Positions 1 to 11,453 are shown, counted from the first letter of the stretch. The stretch: DNA of 64,000 nt from Ignavibacteriota bacterium (GCA_963727825.1 CAVSHO010000001.1:128001-192000), one strand, 5' to 3'. The notes: generated by a model from the sequence alone, not told the origin. Numbers and translations are program-made.

Positions 1-896
1 GGTTTGAGCATACTTGCGGTGTGATGCAAAATGAAGAAGCGCTTGAACGCGTAGCGTATGAAACATTGGAAGACATGAAAAAAGATGGGGTTGTGTACAT
101 CGAATCACGGTTCGCGCCAGTGTTTCATACCAGCAAGGGGCTTGATCCGAACAAAGTGGTGATGGCAGTACTGCGCGGTTTTGAACGTGGAAAAAAAGAT
201 TTTGGAGTTCATTACGGTCTGATCATTTGCGCGATGCGGCACATGGATCCATCCGTTTCGCTAGAGATGGCGGAGTTGGCGGTCGATTTCCGGAATCGCG
301 GAGTGGTGGGATTCGATCTTGCAGGTGAAGAAGGCGGCTATCCTCCGAAGAAACATGTGGATGCGTTTGAATATATCCAACGTGAAAATTTTAATATTAC
401 CGTTCATGCAGGCGAAGCATTTGGCAAAGAATCCATCTGGCAAGCGATTCAATGGTGTGGTGCACATCGCATTGGACATGCAACGCGGCTTATAGAAGAT
501 ATGCGTGTGAAAAAAGGCGAAGTGTTGAATATGGGAACGCTTGCACAATATGTATTAGACAAACGAATCCCGCTTGAAATTTGCCTTACCAGCAATGTGC
601 ACACAGGTGCGGTGCAGAGCATGGAAGAACATCCGTTCGGCATTCTCTATCGTTATAAGTTTCGTTGCACGCTTAACACCGACGATCGCCTTATGAGCAA
701 TATCACACTCACAGATGAATATTGCAAGGCAGCAGAAATATTCAGCTTGAAATTTGAAGATCTGGAAAAGCTGACTATCAATGCGATGAAGAGCGCATTC
801 ATGCCGTACAAGCAGCGCATCGCATTAATTTACGATGTTTTAAAGCCTGGATTTGCAAAAGCGAAAGAGAAACAACGAAGGAGAATTAAACAATGA
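1..896 (+). CDS. add: Adenosine deaminase (5' truncated by window edge)
   Basis: Motifs GFDLAGEE, TVHAGE, RIGH, EICLTSN and NTDD; the frame is open back to the window start. Confidence 0.92.
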   Translation, partial: FEHTCGVMQNEEALERVAYETLEDMKKDGVVYIESRFAPVFHTSKGLDPNKVVMAVLRGFERGKKDFGVHYGLIICAMRHMDPSVSLEMAELAVDFRNRGVVGFDLAGEEGGYPPKKHVDAFEYIQRENFNITVHAGEAFGKESIWQAIQWCGAHRIGHATRLIEDMRVKKGEVLNMGTLAQYVLDKRIPLEICLTSNVHTGAVQSMEEHPFGILYRYKFRCTLNTDDRLMSNITLTDEYCKAAEIFSLKFEDLEKLTINAMKSAFMPYKQRIALIYDVLKPGFAKAKEKQRRRIKQ

Positions 897-940
897 CTTG
901 GATTATATCTTTCCTTTCTATATTACTCATTGGAGGACAT

Positions 941-1564
941 ATGGAAACAAATAACATTCATTGGTTTGGACAATCTGCATTTCGCATCGAAGACGAAACC
1001 ATGCAAATTTATATTGATCCATTCAAACTTCCGGCAAACCTGCCCAAAGCGGATATCATTTTTATTACGCATGCTCACTTTGATCACTTTTCAATGGAAG
1101 ATATTGCCAAGATTAGAACAGAGCATACAATTATCGTCGCTCCAAAAGATGTTGCATCTAAATTTGGAGATTCAGCCATTGCTGTCGTTCCGGGGAAAGG
1201 TTACACTATCGGCAAGTTGAAAGTGACAACGGTACCAGCGTACAATATAGATAAGAAATTTCATCCCAAATCAAACGGATGGGTGGGTTATATTATAACA
1301 TTGTCGAATGGTCAGAAGATTTATCACGCAGGTGACACGGATTTTATTCCAGAGATGAGGGAGATTATTACAGACATTGCAATGCTGCCGTGCGGCGGCA
1401 CTTATACAATGACGGCAAAACAAGCTGCTGAAGCTGCGAATGTATTTAAACCAAAACTGCTTATTCCGATGCATTACGGTAGCATTGTCGGTTCTAATGC
1501 AGATGCAGATACAGTAAAGAAATTGTTCAAAGGTGAAACGAAAATACTTGCTCCCGAACGATAA
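941..1564 (+). CDS. MBL-fold metallo-hydrolase (UPF0173/UlaG-like)
   Basis: THAHFDH, YHAGDT and PMHYG motifs; GGAGG at 932-936 favours ATG 941 over 893. Confidence 0.85.
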   Translation: METNNIHWFGQSAFRIEDETMQIYIDPFKLPANLPKADIIFITHAHFDHFSMEDIAKIRTEHTIIVAPKDVASKFGDSAIAVVPGKGYTIGKLKVTTVPAYNIDKKFHPKSNGWVGYIITLSNGQKIYHAGDTDFIPEMREIITDIAMLPCGGTYTMTAKQAAEAANVFKPKLLIPMHYGSIVGSNADADTVKKLFKGETKILAPER

Positions 1565-1604
1565 TCTTTCATCTGATTGTTGAGATGCAATGAACAGACG
1601 AAGA

Positions 1605-3146
1605 TCAGTTCACCATAAATAAACGTCCTTTATATTGAACATTGTGCTGGCATTTATAGAGCCGCCATTGCCCGGTTGTTATGATGGGTTTCAAGATAGG
1701 CATAGCAGGAGATGAAATAAAGGAATGAAAGACATCCAGTGCATTGATGAGTGCATAATCAAATGCCTGACAATCTTCTGCGCGAACATCTTCCGCCATC
1801 CATTCTAATCCCTGTGTCCATGGATTCTTCGTATTGGTAATAATAATACCATTTTGGTGTTCGGCAAACGAAAAATTTATTTTGCTGTTATGAAGAACCT
1901 GTGCGTATGCAAAGGTTTGCATATACGGCCGCCCGCAGATGATTACGCTGCCTTTCATATAATCCAATCCAAGGACGCTTGCCTGGTCCGGAATTGCATC
2001 CAACGCCTCGGTCAATCCGGCATTCTCAAGATTTTCAAATTCAAACCACAGAAATCCTGTTGTACAAAAGAAAATCGTTGCAAACAATAACGGAAAGGTT
2101 GTCCGATAGATAGAAGGAATTTTCGGCTCGGGCAAAGCCAGTAAAAAAAATGTCAGGGCGATAGGCATCCAACGGGAGGCAAAGGAGATCGTATTCATAT
2201 ATTTATCCGGCGCAAAAAACCCGATTGCTGTAAAAAACAAACCCGTCCAGAGAAAATTAAAATGAATACCAGTGCGTATATTGCCGCGATTGGTAAATAA
2301 AGCAATATAACACCACGCGCCAATACCGATGAGCACCAGCAATTCCAATGGTCCATGCAGTCCGCCAAGAATGGCATCGATAAGCCATTTCGGATTCAAC
2401 CGGTCATATGGAAGAGTGTACCAATGCGGAGCAATATCGAACTGAAGAGAAGACCGCATAGTGGAAAAACCAATGTACCACAAGAAGCTATACATAAGAA
2501 TCGGAACTAATGCAATGCTATCACGAATGATGTGTTGAAATGTGCGATGCCGTCGAAGGTCTTCGATACCGAGATACACTATTCCTACCACCAACCAGAT
2601 TGCATGCGCTAAGAATAATAGAACACTGAATAGAATCACCATGATAATATGATGCGTTGATTTCTGTTCTTCACTTTGGTCAACCACATAAAGATACCAT
2701 CCGATAAAAACTGGAAAGCCGATAATAAAATTAATGAACCCCCAATAGAAACTTGCATTGAATACTAGTATACTTGCAAGTACCGCGGATTCCACGGTAC
2801 GATGTTGTCGCTTTGCTAAAATAAACACAGCAAGAACCCACATGCAAACAAGTTCCAGCATAAGCACCTTACCCGCGGCAATTGGTGAAAACACAAACCA
2901 GTCGATTCCTAGCAGTATATATACCAGAGAATTTGCACCTGACCAATTGATAGAATACTCCTGCATTGCTTTTGGATGCGAAAAGTGCTCAATGAAAAGT
3001 TTAATCTGGCCAAGATGTTGCGGAAGATCTGTCGCAGGAACATACCGTACAAAGAAAAATGGCAGACATACCATAAAGCAAGTAAGAAGCCAAAAGAACC
3101 AATTTCGTTTTGATAACTGTGTAAACAGTGACAAATTCATATACAA
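1605..3146 (-). CDS. Polytopic membrane protein, possibly GT-C glycosyltransferase-like
   Basis: 513-aa ORF with about 10-12 hydrophobic segments, DLPQH loop motif after the first TM and a soluble C-terminal domain; function uncertain. Confidence 0.55.
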   Translation of the reverse strand: MYMNLSLFTQLSKRNWFFWLLTCFMVCLPFFFVRYVPATDLPQHLGQIKLFIEHFSHPKAMQEYSINWSGANSLVYILLGIDWFVFSPIAAGKVLMLELVCMWVLAVFILAKRQHRTVESAVLASILVFNASFYWGFINFIIGFPVFIGWYLYVVDQSEEQKSTHHIIMVILFSVLLFLAHAIWLVVGIVYLGIEDLRRHRTFQHIIRDSIALVPILMYSFLWYIGFSTMRSSLQFDIAPHWYTLPYDRLNPKWLIDAILGGLHGPLELLVLIGIGAWCYIALFTNRGNIRTGIHFNFLWTGLFFTAIGFFAPDKYMNTISFASRWMPIALTFFLLALPEPKIPSIYRTTFPLLFATIFFCTTGFLWFEFENLENAGLTEALDAIPDQASVLGLDYMKGSVIICGRPYMQTFAYAQVLHNSKINFSFAEHQNGIIITNTKNPWTQGLEWMAEDVRAEDCQAFDYALINALDVFHSFISSPAMPILKPIITTGQWRLYKCQHNVQYKGRLFMVN

Positions 3147-3259
3147 TTATTCTCCAAATATGTTTAAAAGTATAAACGATACACGTATTGCTAAAGTTTT
3201 TAACCAGCTCTTTTATTGCACCCTGTATTTAATCAGTACAATCAGAGAAATGCGTAAAG

Positions 3260-4519
3260 TCATTTTACCATCTGCAAAAACCTTTCTTTATCTCTCCTAT
3301 GAATCCGGATTTTCATTTTTACCTTTCCTTCTTCATAAGTTCGTTCTAATACTTCACCTACGTCATGCAGTTGTGCAATAATTTTTTGTTTTGAGTCAGA
3401 CAGTACAATTTCTTCAATCATAAATTCTTTTTCTAACATTTGCGCAACTGCTTCTTTGAATCCGAGAATATTTATTCCTCTGACTGCGGAGATGAACACA
3501 CAGTTAGGATGCTTTTCGGATAACGTCGGCAAGACACTTCGATCTTGAAGCATGTCAATTTTATTGAAGACAACCAATGTAGGTGTATCGCCAGCACCAA
3601 GGTCTTCTAATGTTTCTTGCACAACATTGATTTGATCTTCGAAGTAAGGACTCGATATATCCACCACATGGAGAAGAATGTCGGCTTCCGTTATTTCCTC
3701 CAACGTACTCTTGAACGATGCAACAAGATGATGCGGCAATTTGCGGATGAAACCGACGGTGTCCGTCATAAGAATTGATACGGCGGAATCAAGCGGGACG
3801 AGCCGCGTTGTCGGATCGAGTGTCGCAAAAAGCCGGTTCTCGACGAAAACATCTGAACCAGCAAGCAGATTTAAAAGTGTCGATTTACCAACATTTGTGT
3901 AGCCCACAAGTGCAGTGCGAGTGTGCTTAGTACGACCTTGGCGTTGTGTTACACGTTGTTTAGATATACGTTCAAGCTTTTCTTTTAAAGTACTAATGCG
4001 TGTTCGGATCAGCCGGCGGTCTGTTTCGATTTGCGTTTCGCCAGGACCTTTTGTGCCGATACCACCGAATTGTTTTGACAAATGCGTCCATTGGCGCGTG
4101 AGGCGCGGCAGAAGATACTCAAGCTGAGCAAGTTCCACTTGCGTTTTCGCTTCACTGGACTTTGCGCGCGATGCAAAAATGTCGAGGATTAATCCGCTGC
4201 GGTCGAGCACCTTACATTCCATTAGGCGCTCAAGATTTCGTACCTGCGCAGGCGAGAGATCGTCATCAAAAATTACAAGTGGAATAGTTTCGTTCTTCAA
4301 TCGCTGATGCAATTCTTCAACCTTCCCTTTACCGATGTACGTGGCCGGCTCAGGATGATCGCGATCCTGTGTTATTCTTCCAACAACTTCTGCTCCCGCT
4401 GTGTCTGCGAGTAATGCAAGCTCGGTGAGTGACTCGTCAACCTCAGCTTTCAAATTCAAACGCGTCGGCACTCCAACGAGAATACACTTTTCTTTTCCAG
4501 TTTGAGCTAATTCAATCAT
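3260..4519 (-). CDS. hflX: GTPase HflX
   Basis: GPGETQIETDRR, GYTNVGKST, LFATLD, DTVGFI and NKID motifs. Confidence 0.96.
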   Translation of the reverse strand: MIELAQTGKEKCILVGVPTRLNLKAEVDESLTELALLADTAGAEVVGRITQDRDHPEPATYIGKGKVEELHQRLKNETIPLVIFDDDLSPAQVRNLERLMECKVLDRSGLILDIFASRAKSSEAKTQVELAQLEYLLPRLTRQWTHLSKQFGGIGTKGPGETQIETDRRLIRTRISTLKEKLERISKQRVTQRQGRTKHTRTALVGYTNVGKSTLLNLLAGSDVFVENRLFATLDPTTRLVPLDSAVSILMTDTVGFIRKLPHHLVASFKSTLEEITEADILLHVVDISSPYFEDQINVVQETLEDLGAGDTPTLVVFNKIDMLQDRSVLPTLSEKHPNCVFISAVRGINILGFKEAVAQMLEKEFMIEEIVLSDSKQKIIAQLHDVGEVLERTYEEGKVKMKIRIHRRDKERFLQMVK

Positions 4520-4537
4520 ATTGATTCTTTCATACTA

Positions 4538-6720
4538 TTATATTTGCTTCACTGCCGAAGAGTGATAATGTTTGTTATCTCGTGCTACGAACATTTCGAT
4601 AATAGCAATAAGCAGTGCGGCGATAAGGAATTGTTTCCAAAGTTCAGTACCAAAACGTGATTCTGTGATAATGCGCTGCACCTCTTGCATCTGATTCACC
4701 TTGTGTATTGAGTGGTCCACAATACCGATCCGGTTAAACATGTTAAATATATGTTTCTCGTCTGAAGGCATTGTGTTTGATTCGTCCGGATCAACATTAA
4801 CGACAAACTTGTCTAATATCAAGTTATCAGATGCTATGGTATAGAATCCCGGTAAGTCATTATCGGAAAACCGAACACTTCTTTCTGCCGCAACTTGCTG
4901 AGGGTTTATAAAGATTTGCGTGCCGCCCGGTTTTGTAATTGTGAGTTTTAGCGGAATGGTTGTGCGAAGATGAATAACTGCTTCTTCGTCAATTAATAAC
5001 GAATGTTCCATTGCTGATTTTTGCACAAGATACGCGAGTGAACGATGCACTAACAGAACGAACAATCCTTTCAGCGGCAAATCCGACCACTCGGTATTAG
5101 CAGCAACACTGAACAATAATACACGTCCTCTGCCAACTTGTTCTTCTATCAAGAATGGATGCCCGTTTGTAAGTGTAATAATGGATTGTGATTTCGATGT
5201 CGTAGAAAAAAAAGATGATTTACTAATATGCGGAGATTCTAGTACACGCTGCCGATCTGATGTTCCCGACGATGGTTTTACTTTGGCTTCTTCAAACATT
5301 CCAGTAAATAGCGGATGGTGTAAATCGACTTTGTCGAATTCAATGAATGAATTGGCTGATTGCAATTTTACATCATCTGCTGATGTCGCAGCAGTTGAGA
5401 TACCAAGCGGTACAGCTATGGTGGTATTAAATGCGTTGTTAGTTGTTTGTGTGCCTGGGAAGAAAATCATCCCACCGCCATTTTGAAGGTATATTTTTAG
5501 TGCGAGAGATTGGTCATGCGTTAGTTCATGCGGATTGGAAAGGATGACGACATCGGTATTGTTCAAATGGGATGATGAAAAACGGTCACACGTTATTTGA
5601 TTTATATTTAAACTCACACTGCTATCAGTGAGTCGGGTGGCAAGTGCAATGCGAAGATAAGTAGAGGTCGGATGTGCTGCCGACAAGAAGAACATGAAGT
5701 ATTTCTGGAATATGTACCTGTGAAAAACCGTGTGTTGTCAAATTCAAGATCGTCATCTTCCAATTCAATTTTTCCCTCGATGAATCCTGGATGATTTGGA
5801 ACAAACGTGAACTCTGTTTCCACTGATTGTCCAGCATGGATATCAATCCCTTTTTGTCCCACGCGGCTTCCATCTTGATAGACACTTACAATATGATTCT
5901 GCAGGTTTGAAGTGCCATGGTTTATCAGCTTCGCTTTCACGGTAAAGGGTTTGTTCACTTCAAAAATTGTGCTCGGTATTGCTATCGATTCTATTGAAAC
6001 ATTTTGTAATTCGCGTTTGCCAAGAGGAATGAGAAAGAATTGTATCGTCTGCGCGAATAGTTTCTCGTTGGTTTTTACCGCGTGTGTTTTGGATTCAAGT
6101 GATCCAGATTGGAAGTCGGATATAAGATAGACTTCTTTATTAAAGTTTTGAGATGAGGCAAGTAAGCGAGAGGAAAAGCGAAGTGCATCTTCAATCGTAC
6201 GATGGACATATGATGGCTTGATTTCATTGATAGCGCTTCGGATTGCAGGAAAGTTTTGCTGGGCAGAAGGAATTTCGGATGTTCCTTCGACTGGAACATC
6301 GGAAAGTTTAAGAAGAAAAACTTCGTCGCCATCCTTTAAAAGGTCCAACACCGCGCTTGCAGCGTTTTTTGCTTGGTGAAGTAATTCTCCCTGTTCATCG
6401 CTCGCGGTCATACTTTGCGAATCATCAAATACAATAACTGCAGTTGTCTTTGCCTGTTCGGCAAGACCACCAGGGAGCGAACCTTTTAATGTCGGGCGAG
6501 AGAATGCGAATACGACAAGGACAACTAACAAAGTGCGAAGAACCAGCAAGAGCAATTGACGAAGTTTAAGCCGGCGGATTTTTGTTTTCTGTAATTCCTT
6601 TAGGAATGAGAGCGTGCTGAATTCAATTGTTTTTAACTTGCGCAGATTGAAAATGTGCAGCAGAATGGGAATGCCGGCTGCAAGAAGTCCAATCAGTACT
6701 ATGGGGTTAAGAAAAGTCAA
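4538..6720 (-). CDS. BatA-domain/vWA/CARDB-like membrane protein, frameshifted near 5660-5725
   Basis: TTG start gives MTFLNP..PILLH (BatA N-terminus); vWA DDSQSM and LISDFQ; C-terminal ELWKQFL TM; continuous across three frames. Confidence 0.8.
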
Positions 6721-6833
6721 TGTGCGTTCTATTCTGATAGATAATCTATAGTAACTTAATCTGAAGATGTGCGAAAAGCAAGAAGGCAAAAATATCAAAT
6801 ATTTTGTATCTTGTAAACAAAAAGGAAAATATC

Positions 6834-7616
6834 ATGCTGCAAGTTGCAATTGAAGCCGCACTCGAAGCGGGAAAATTTCTAAAAATGAATGTTGGGAAAA
6901 TTCGTCATATTGAACATAAAGGCGGACAGAAAACCAATCTCGTAACCGAAATAGATAAGAAGTCGGAACAAATGATCATCAGTAAAATCAAGCAGCATTT
7001 TCCGCATCACGATTTTCTTTGTGAGGAATCCGGTGCCGCAGAAGTGAAATCCGAATACCGGTGGATCATTGATCCTTTAGACGGGACAGTGAACTACACT
7101 CATGCTTTGCCTATCTATACTGTGTCTATCGGTTTGGAATACAAAGGAGAGATTATTTTGGGTGTTGTCTACGATCCAAGTTTAGATGAATTGTATACCG
7201 CTGAAAAAGGTAAGGGTGCGTGGTTAAATAAGAAGCGTATAGAAGTTACTAAGACAACGAAGTTGATTGAAAGTCTCGTTGTTACCGGATTTGCGTATGA
7301 TGTGAACGAGCGTCCTGAACCTTCGGTCACGCACTTCAGAAATTTTCTTGCGGAAGCACAGGCAATTCGGCGGCTGGGATCGGCTGCGCTTGATTTATGC
7401 TATGTTGCCGCAGGACGATTCGAAGGTTTTTGGGAAGGGGTGATTCGTCCATGGGATATGGCAGCAGGAGTATTGATTGTAATGGAAGCGGGCGGAAAAT
7501 GGACTGATTTCCGTGGTTTTCCATCAAGTATTTATAAAGAAGAAATGCTCGCAACGAACGGATTGATTCACGAACAAATGATTGCAGTACTGAAGAAGGG
7601 AATGAAAAATAAATAA
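6834..7616 (+). CDS. suhB: Inositol monophosphatase
   Basis: WIIDPLDGT, RRLGSAALDL and WDMAAG motifs. Confidence 0.93.
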   Translation: MLQVAIEAALEAGKFLKMNVGKIRHIEHKGGQKTNLVTEIDKKSEQMIISKIKQHFPHHDFLCEESGAAEVKSEYRWIIDPLDGTVNYTHALPIYTVSIGLEYKGEIILGVVYDPSLDELYTAEKGKGAWLNKKRIEVTKTTKLIESLVVTGFAYDVNERPEPSVTHFRNFLAEAQAIRRLGSAALDLCYVAAGRFEGFWEGVIRPWDMAAGVLIVMEAGGKWTDFRGFPSSIYKEEMLATNGLIHEQMIAVLKKGMKNK

Positions 7617-7620
7617 GAGT

Positions 7621-7729
7621 TATCTAAAAATATATTATTACAATCAGACTGAGCTTGTCGAAGTTTGGTGACAGAATGTTTTGATATATTTCGACAAGCT
7701 CAACGTAATTTCAAGTCATTTCTTAGATA
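7621..7729. repeat. Long imperfect inverted repeat (REP/REPIN-like) between convergent suhB and pdp
   Basis: TGAGCTTGTCGAA (7650-7662) / TTCGACAAGCTCA (7690-7702) is a perfect 13-bp stem; outer TATCTAAAAA/TTCTTAGATA pairs 9/10. Confidence 0.75.
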
Positions 7730-7763
7730 GGTTATAGTTAAATGAAGACGTGGTTAAAAACTC

Positions 7764-9128
7764 TTAGAAAGTTACCGCACTAACCTGTTTCCACTTTTTC
7801 ACGCCGTTTTTATCCACAACATCTAAAATCATCGGCTTGTGTTCTGGTTTCGTAGAAGAGAATGAAAATGCTTCTGCAATCCGTTTGCGTGTAGAGGCAA
7901 GAACATTTTCGCGATCAGTATAGAAGACGACGAGTGAATCTCCAATATCTACTGTGTCGCCAACCTTCTTCTTCAATAAAATTCCTGCTTTCATGTCGAT
8001 CACATCGTCGATCTTCTCGCGGCCCGCACCAAGAGAAATGCTTGTCAATCCTAATTCGAAAGAATCTATTTTATCGACATATCCTTTCTCACTCGATTTT
8101 ACTTCCATAGCAAATTTTGGCAACGGATATTTTTCCAAATTTTCAAGGGCTTCAACACTACCTCCTTGTGCACGGACAAGATCGAGAAGTTTATGATATG
8201 CCGATCCGTTCTCAATTGTCTTTCTACATTTCTCAATTCCTTCTTCAATCGACTTCGCTTTCTTGCCGAGATATACCATTGTGCCTGAAAGCACGTATGT
8301 AACTTCCATTAAATCGCTTGAAGCGTCGTTATTTCCAACAGCACCACGCAGGCATTCGACTGATTCAATAACTTCCAACCAATTGCCGATAGCAACTCCA
8401 AGCGGCTGGTTCATATTCGTTATATAGCCGATGGTTTCTTTTCCAAATCCGTTTCCTATGCCGACGAGCGTCTTGGCCAATTCAAGTGAGTGCTCGTAGG
8501 TTTGCATAAATGCCCCCCGCCCGGTTTTCACATCGAGTACTAACGCATCGATGCCTTCTGCTAATTTTTTGCTCATAATGCTTCCGGCAATGAGCGGAAT
8601 ACATTCGACGGTTGAGGTGACATCGCGCAGGGCGTACATTTTTTTGTCGGCAGGAGCGATTTCTTTCGTTTGACCGATCATCACCACACCAATTTCGCTA
8701 ATGACTCGCTTGTATTCGGCAATTGAAAGATCAGTCCGAAAGCCGGGAATGGATTCTAATTTATCGAGTGTGCCGCCGGTATGTCCGAGTCCGCGCCCGG
8801 AGATCATTGGCACTGGAACGTCGCATGCGGCAACCATTGGTGCGAGAATGAGTGATACTTTATCGCCTACTCCGCCGGTAGAATGTTTATCTACTTTAAT
8901 GCCGGGAATTTCAGAAAGGCCAATCACTTCGCCGGAGTGAAGCATCAATTTTGTGAATGTGAGCGTTTCCTCGCTGCTCATTCCACGGAAGTAACATGCC
9001 ATTAGGAATGCAGACATCTGATAGTCCGGCACTTTGCCCTCGACGTATCCCGTGATGAGGAATCGGAATTCTTCTTCGGTGAGTGAATCGCCCTCGCGTT
9101 TCTTGCGAATCAAATCAACAATATTCAT
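7764..9128 (-). CDS. pdp: Thymidine/pyrimidine-nucleoside phosphorylase
   Basis: DKHSTGGVGDK, SGRGLGHTGGTLDKLESIPG and SIMSKK motifs; likely start MNIVDLIRKKR. Confidence 0.93.
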   Translation of the reverse strand: MNIVDLIRKKREGDSLTEEEFRFLITGYVEGKVPDYQMSAFLMACYFRGMSSEETLTFTKLMLHSGEVIGLSEIPGIKVDKHSTGGVGDKVSLILAPMVAACDVPVPMISGRGLGHTGGTLDKLESIPGFRTDLSIAEYKRVISEIGVVMIGQTKEIAPADKKMYALRDVTSTVECIPLIAGSIMSKKLAEGIDALVLDVKTGRGAFMQTYEHSLELAKTLVGIGNGFGKETIGYITNMNQPLGVAIGNWLEVIESVECLRGAVGNNDASSDLMEVTYVLSGTMVYLGKKAKSIEEGIEKCRKTIENGSAYHKLLDLVRAQGGSVEALENLEKYPLPKFAMEVKSSEKGYVDKIDSFELGLTSISLGAGREKIDDVIDMKAGILLKKKVGDTVDIGDSLVVFYTDRENVLASTRKRIAEAFSFSSTKPEHKPMILDVVDKNGVKKWKQVSAVTF

Positions 9129-9138
9129 AGCAATTTTC

Positions 9139-9218
9139 AGTGATGAGTGAAGAGTGGTCAATGATAAGCGATAAGCGAGTGTAATAAAGTTTGAAGTAAA
9201 AATTCGTCACTCGTCACT
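9139..9218. repeat. Inverted pair of 7-nt periodic arrays (AGTGAnn) with empty spacer
   Basis: AGTGATG AGTGAAG AGTGGTC AATGATA AGCGATA AGCGAGT, then TCGTCAC TCGTCAC T in the opposite orientation. Confidence 0.75.
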
Positions 9219-9771
9219 ATCCATTAATCTTTGATTTTAGTTTTCGTTCAGTCAATAAAATTCCGGCGATGGTTTTGCTATCCCCAATTTCGCCGCGCGC
9301 GATCATTTCTACGGCCGTGAAAAATGGAATATATTCAACCGTAAGACTTTGTTCGCCTTCATCAAGGTTTTGTCCGTGTTCGGATTTTTTCAGTCCGGTA
9401 GCAAGATATATATGAAGTACTTCGTTGCAGAACCCCGGTGTAGTGAACATTGTAGTAAGTTTTTCATACTTATCTGCTATGTAGCCGGTTTCTTCCTGTA
9501 GTTCACGTTGAGCAGCTATAAGCGGATCTTCATTGGGTTCAAGCTTTCCAGCAGGAACTTCCAAAATGAATTTTTTGTGTGGATATCGGTACTGCCGAAC
9601 AAAAATCAAATTGCCGTTGTCGAGCAACGGTACGATAACACTTCCACCCGGGTGGCTTACAATTTCACGTTTACGGATGTTGCCGGAAACATCTTTGACC
9701 TCTTCGATAATTAAATCGATGATGCGGCCGTGATACAATCTTTCTGACTTAACTATTTTAGGGAGTGACAT
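9217..9771 (-). CDS. nudF: NUDIX hydrolase, ADP-ribose pyrophosphatase family
   Basis: Nudix box GKLEPNEDPLIAAQRELQEETG; RQYRYP and TPGF motifs. Confidence 0.88.
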   Translation of the reverse strand: MSLPKIVKSERLYHGRIIDLIIEEVKDVSGNIRKREIVSHPGGSVIVPLLDNGNLIFVRQYRYPHKKFILEVPAGKLEPNEDPLIAAQRELQEETGYIADKYEKLTTMFTTPGFCNEVLHIYLATGLKKSEHGQNLDEGEQSLTVEYIPFFTAVEMIARGEIGDSKTIAGILLTERKLKSKING

Positions 9772-10870
9772 TAGTGTTTGGTGATGAAAGTTGAACGACA
9801 TGCTGTGCAATGCCGGATGAAATTCCTTCCTTCATGAAAGCAGTATATATTTGTTCGCGTAAAGCATTCTCGGCACGGCCTTTTTTCTTCCAATCGTCGG
9901 TGCGTCCAATTAACTGAAGCGTGCATGATGATTCGCCCATTGCACTGAAAAATACATTCGGTTCCGGTTGTTTAAGCAGATCGGAATTCTGACAGGCGAT
10001 AGTCCAGCATGATTTCTCTTAGCACGCTCAATGGATGTACCGTATGCCACATTTACTTCAACGAGAACACGAATATCGTTTCTGGGATATGAATAATTGA
10101 TGACTTTGGTTTTAGTCAACTCAGAGTTTGGGCTAATAATGAGATTATTGTCAAAGTCGAGAATCTTTGTACTGCGAAGGCCAATTTCGTACACATCACC
10201 AATTTCACCTGTTGGAAGTTTTATCCGATCGCCGAGACGAAAGGGTCGATCCAGCATAATAATGAAACCGGCAATCATATTAGCAAGAGTTTCCTGTGCC
10301 GCAAGGGCGATAGCTACCGAGCCGCCGCCAAGGAAGACGAGCAAACTGCTGACATCAACGCCAAAATGTCCAAGAGAAATTACTACTGCAATGAAGAGAA
10401 TCAAAATCATAACCAACCTATTCAAGATTGGGAAAACTGCTTCATTGATCGTCGATTCTGTTTTCTTCGCATGCGTTTCCATAGCATGTTTCAACAGCGT
10501 GTCGATGAAGACGTATTATCAACGCGGTGACAAGCCAAACGAATGCGATGTAAATGATACCTTCCGAGTATTGAATCAATTCTTCGCCGATCTTATCGGT
10601 ATGGGAAATGCCTTTGGCAATTTGTTCTGCGGCGAGATACAAACCAATGACGATTGCAAGCCATTTGACGCGGGGGAGAATAACATTAAAAAGTTTATCG
10701 TCTAATTCAGTATCCGTCTTGGCAATAAGTTTGCGACCAAGGGTGTTGAGAGAGTATTTGAAGAAAAATCCAATGACCATAACGGCGACAAACGCTATAA
10801 AACCGTTCCACAGGTGAAGAGTGAATCCGTTGCCGATAAATTGCTGTATATGTTGGAATAAATCACTCAT
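9758..10870 (-). CDS. mscS: MscS-family mechanosensitive channel, frameshifted
   Basis: ALAAQETLANMIAG, DRPFRLGD and IGLRST motifs; split over ORFs 10442-10870, 9910-10494 and 9758-9940. Confidence 0.85.
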
Positions 10871-10871
10871 T

Positions 10872-11453
10872 CTAATAATTTCCTCTGCTGCCGGGTTTTA
10901 CGGCTACGCTGCCGGATTTGCACATTGGGCAATCCGCCGGCTGATGTGCGACGACCTCCATCTGTAGGACTGCAAATTGTTTTGTATCAAATTGCACTTT
11001 GCCGTTGCTTCGATCGACAATACAGCCGGCACCAATGAGATTGCCTTTTGCATTGTTCACTAATTCAATGACTTCTTTTGTAGAACCTCCGGTCGTGACA
11101 ACATCTTCCACTACGAGTACACGTTCGCCTGGAAGAATTTCAAATCCGCGGCGCAATTCCATTTTGCCATCTTTCCGTTCGGCAAAGATAGTGCGCGCGC
11201 CTAACATTCTGCCGACTTCTGTTCCAACCACAATTCCCCCGATAGCGGGAGAGAGAACGACTTCCACTTCATTATATCCAAAGTGGCGAGCAATTTCTCC
11301 GGATAGCAGGTGGAGATATTTTGGAAATTGCAATACGCGGGCGCATTGAAAATACTGCGGACTATGCAAACCGGAAGTGAGTTGGAAATGTCCTTCGAGG
11401 AGTGCTTTTGTTTCCCGGAAGATTTCAAGAATTTGTTCTTTGGGCAGTTTCAT
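10872..11453 (-). CDS. pyrE: Orotate phosphoribosyltransferase
   Basis: GHFQLTSGLHS motif; PRPP motif VVEDVVTTGGS; KPGSR C-terminus. Confidence 0.95.
   Translation of the reverse strand: MKLPKEQILEIFRETKALLEGHFQLTSGLHSPQYFQCARVLQFPKYLHLLSGEIARHFGYNEVEVVLSPAIGGIVVGTEVGRMLGARTIFAERKDGKMELRRGFEILPGERVLVVEDVVTTGGSTKEVIELVNNAKGNLIGAGCIVDRSNGKVQFDTKQFAVLQMEVVAHQPADCPMCKSGSVAVKPGSRGNY

Noticed and set aside
2758-3381. Long antisense or alternative-frame ORFs (e.g. 2758-3381, 10097-10705, 20294-20776, 24764-25282)
   Set aside because: Shadows of well-supported genes on the opposite strand or frame, with no protein motifs.
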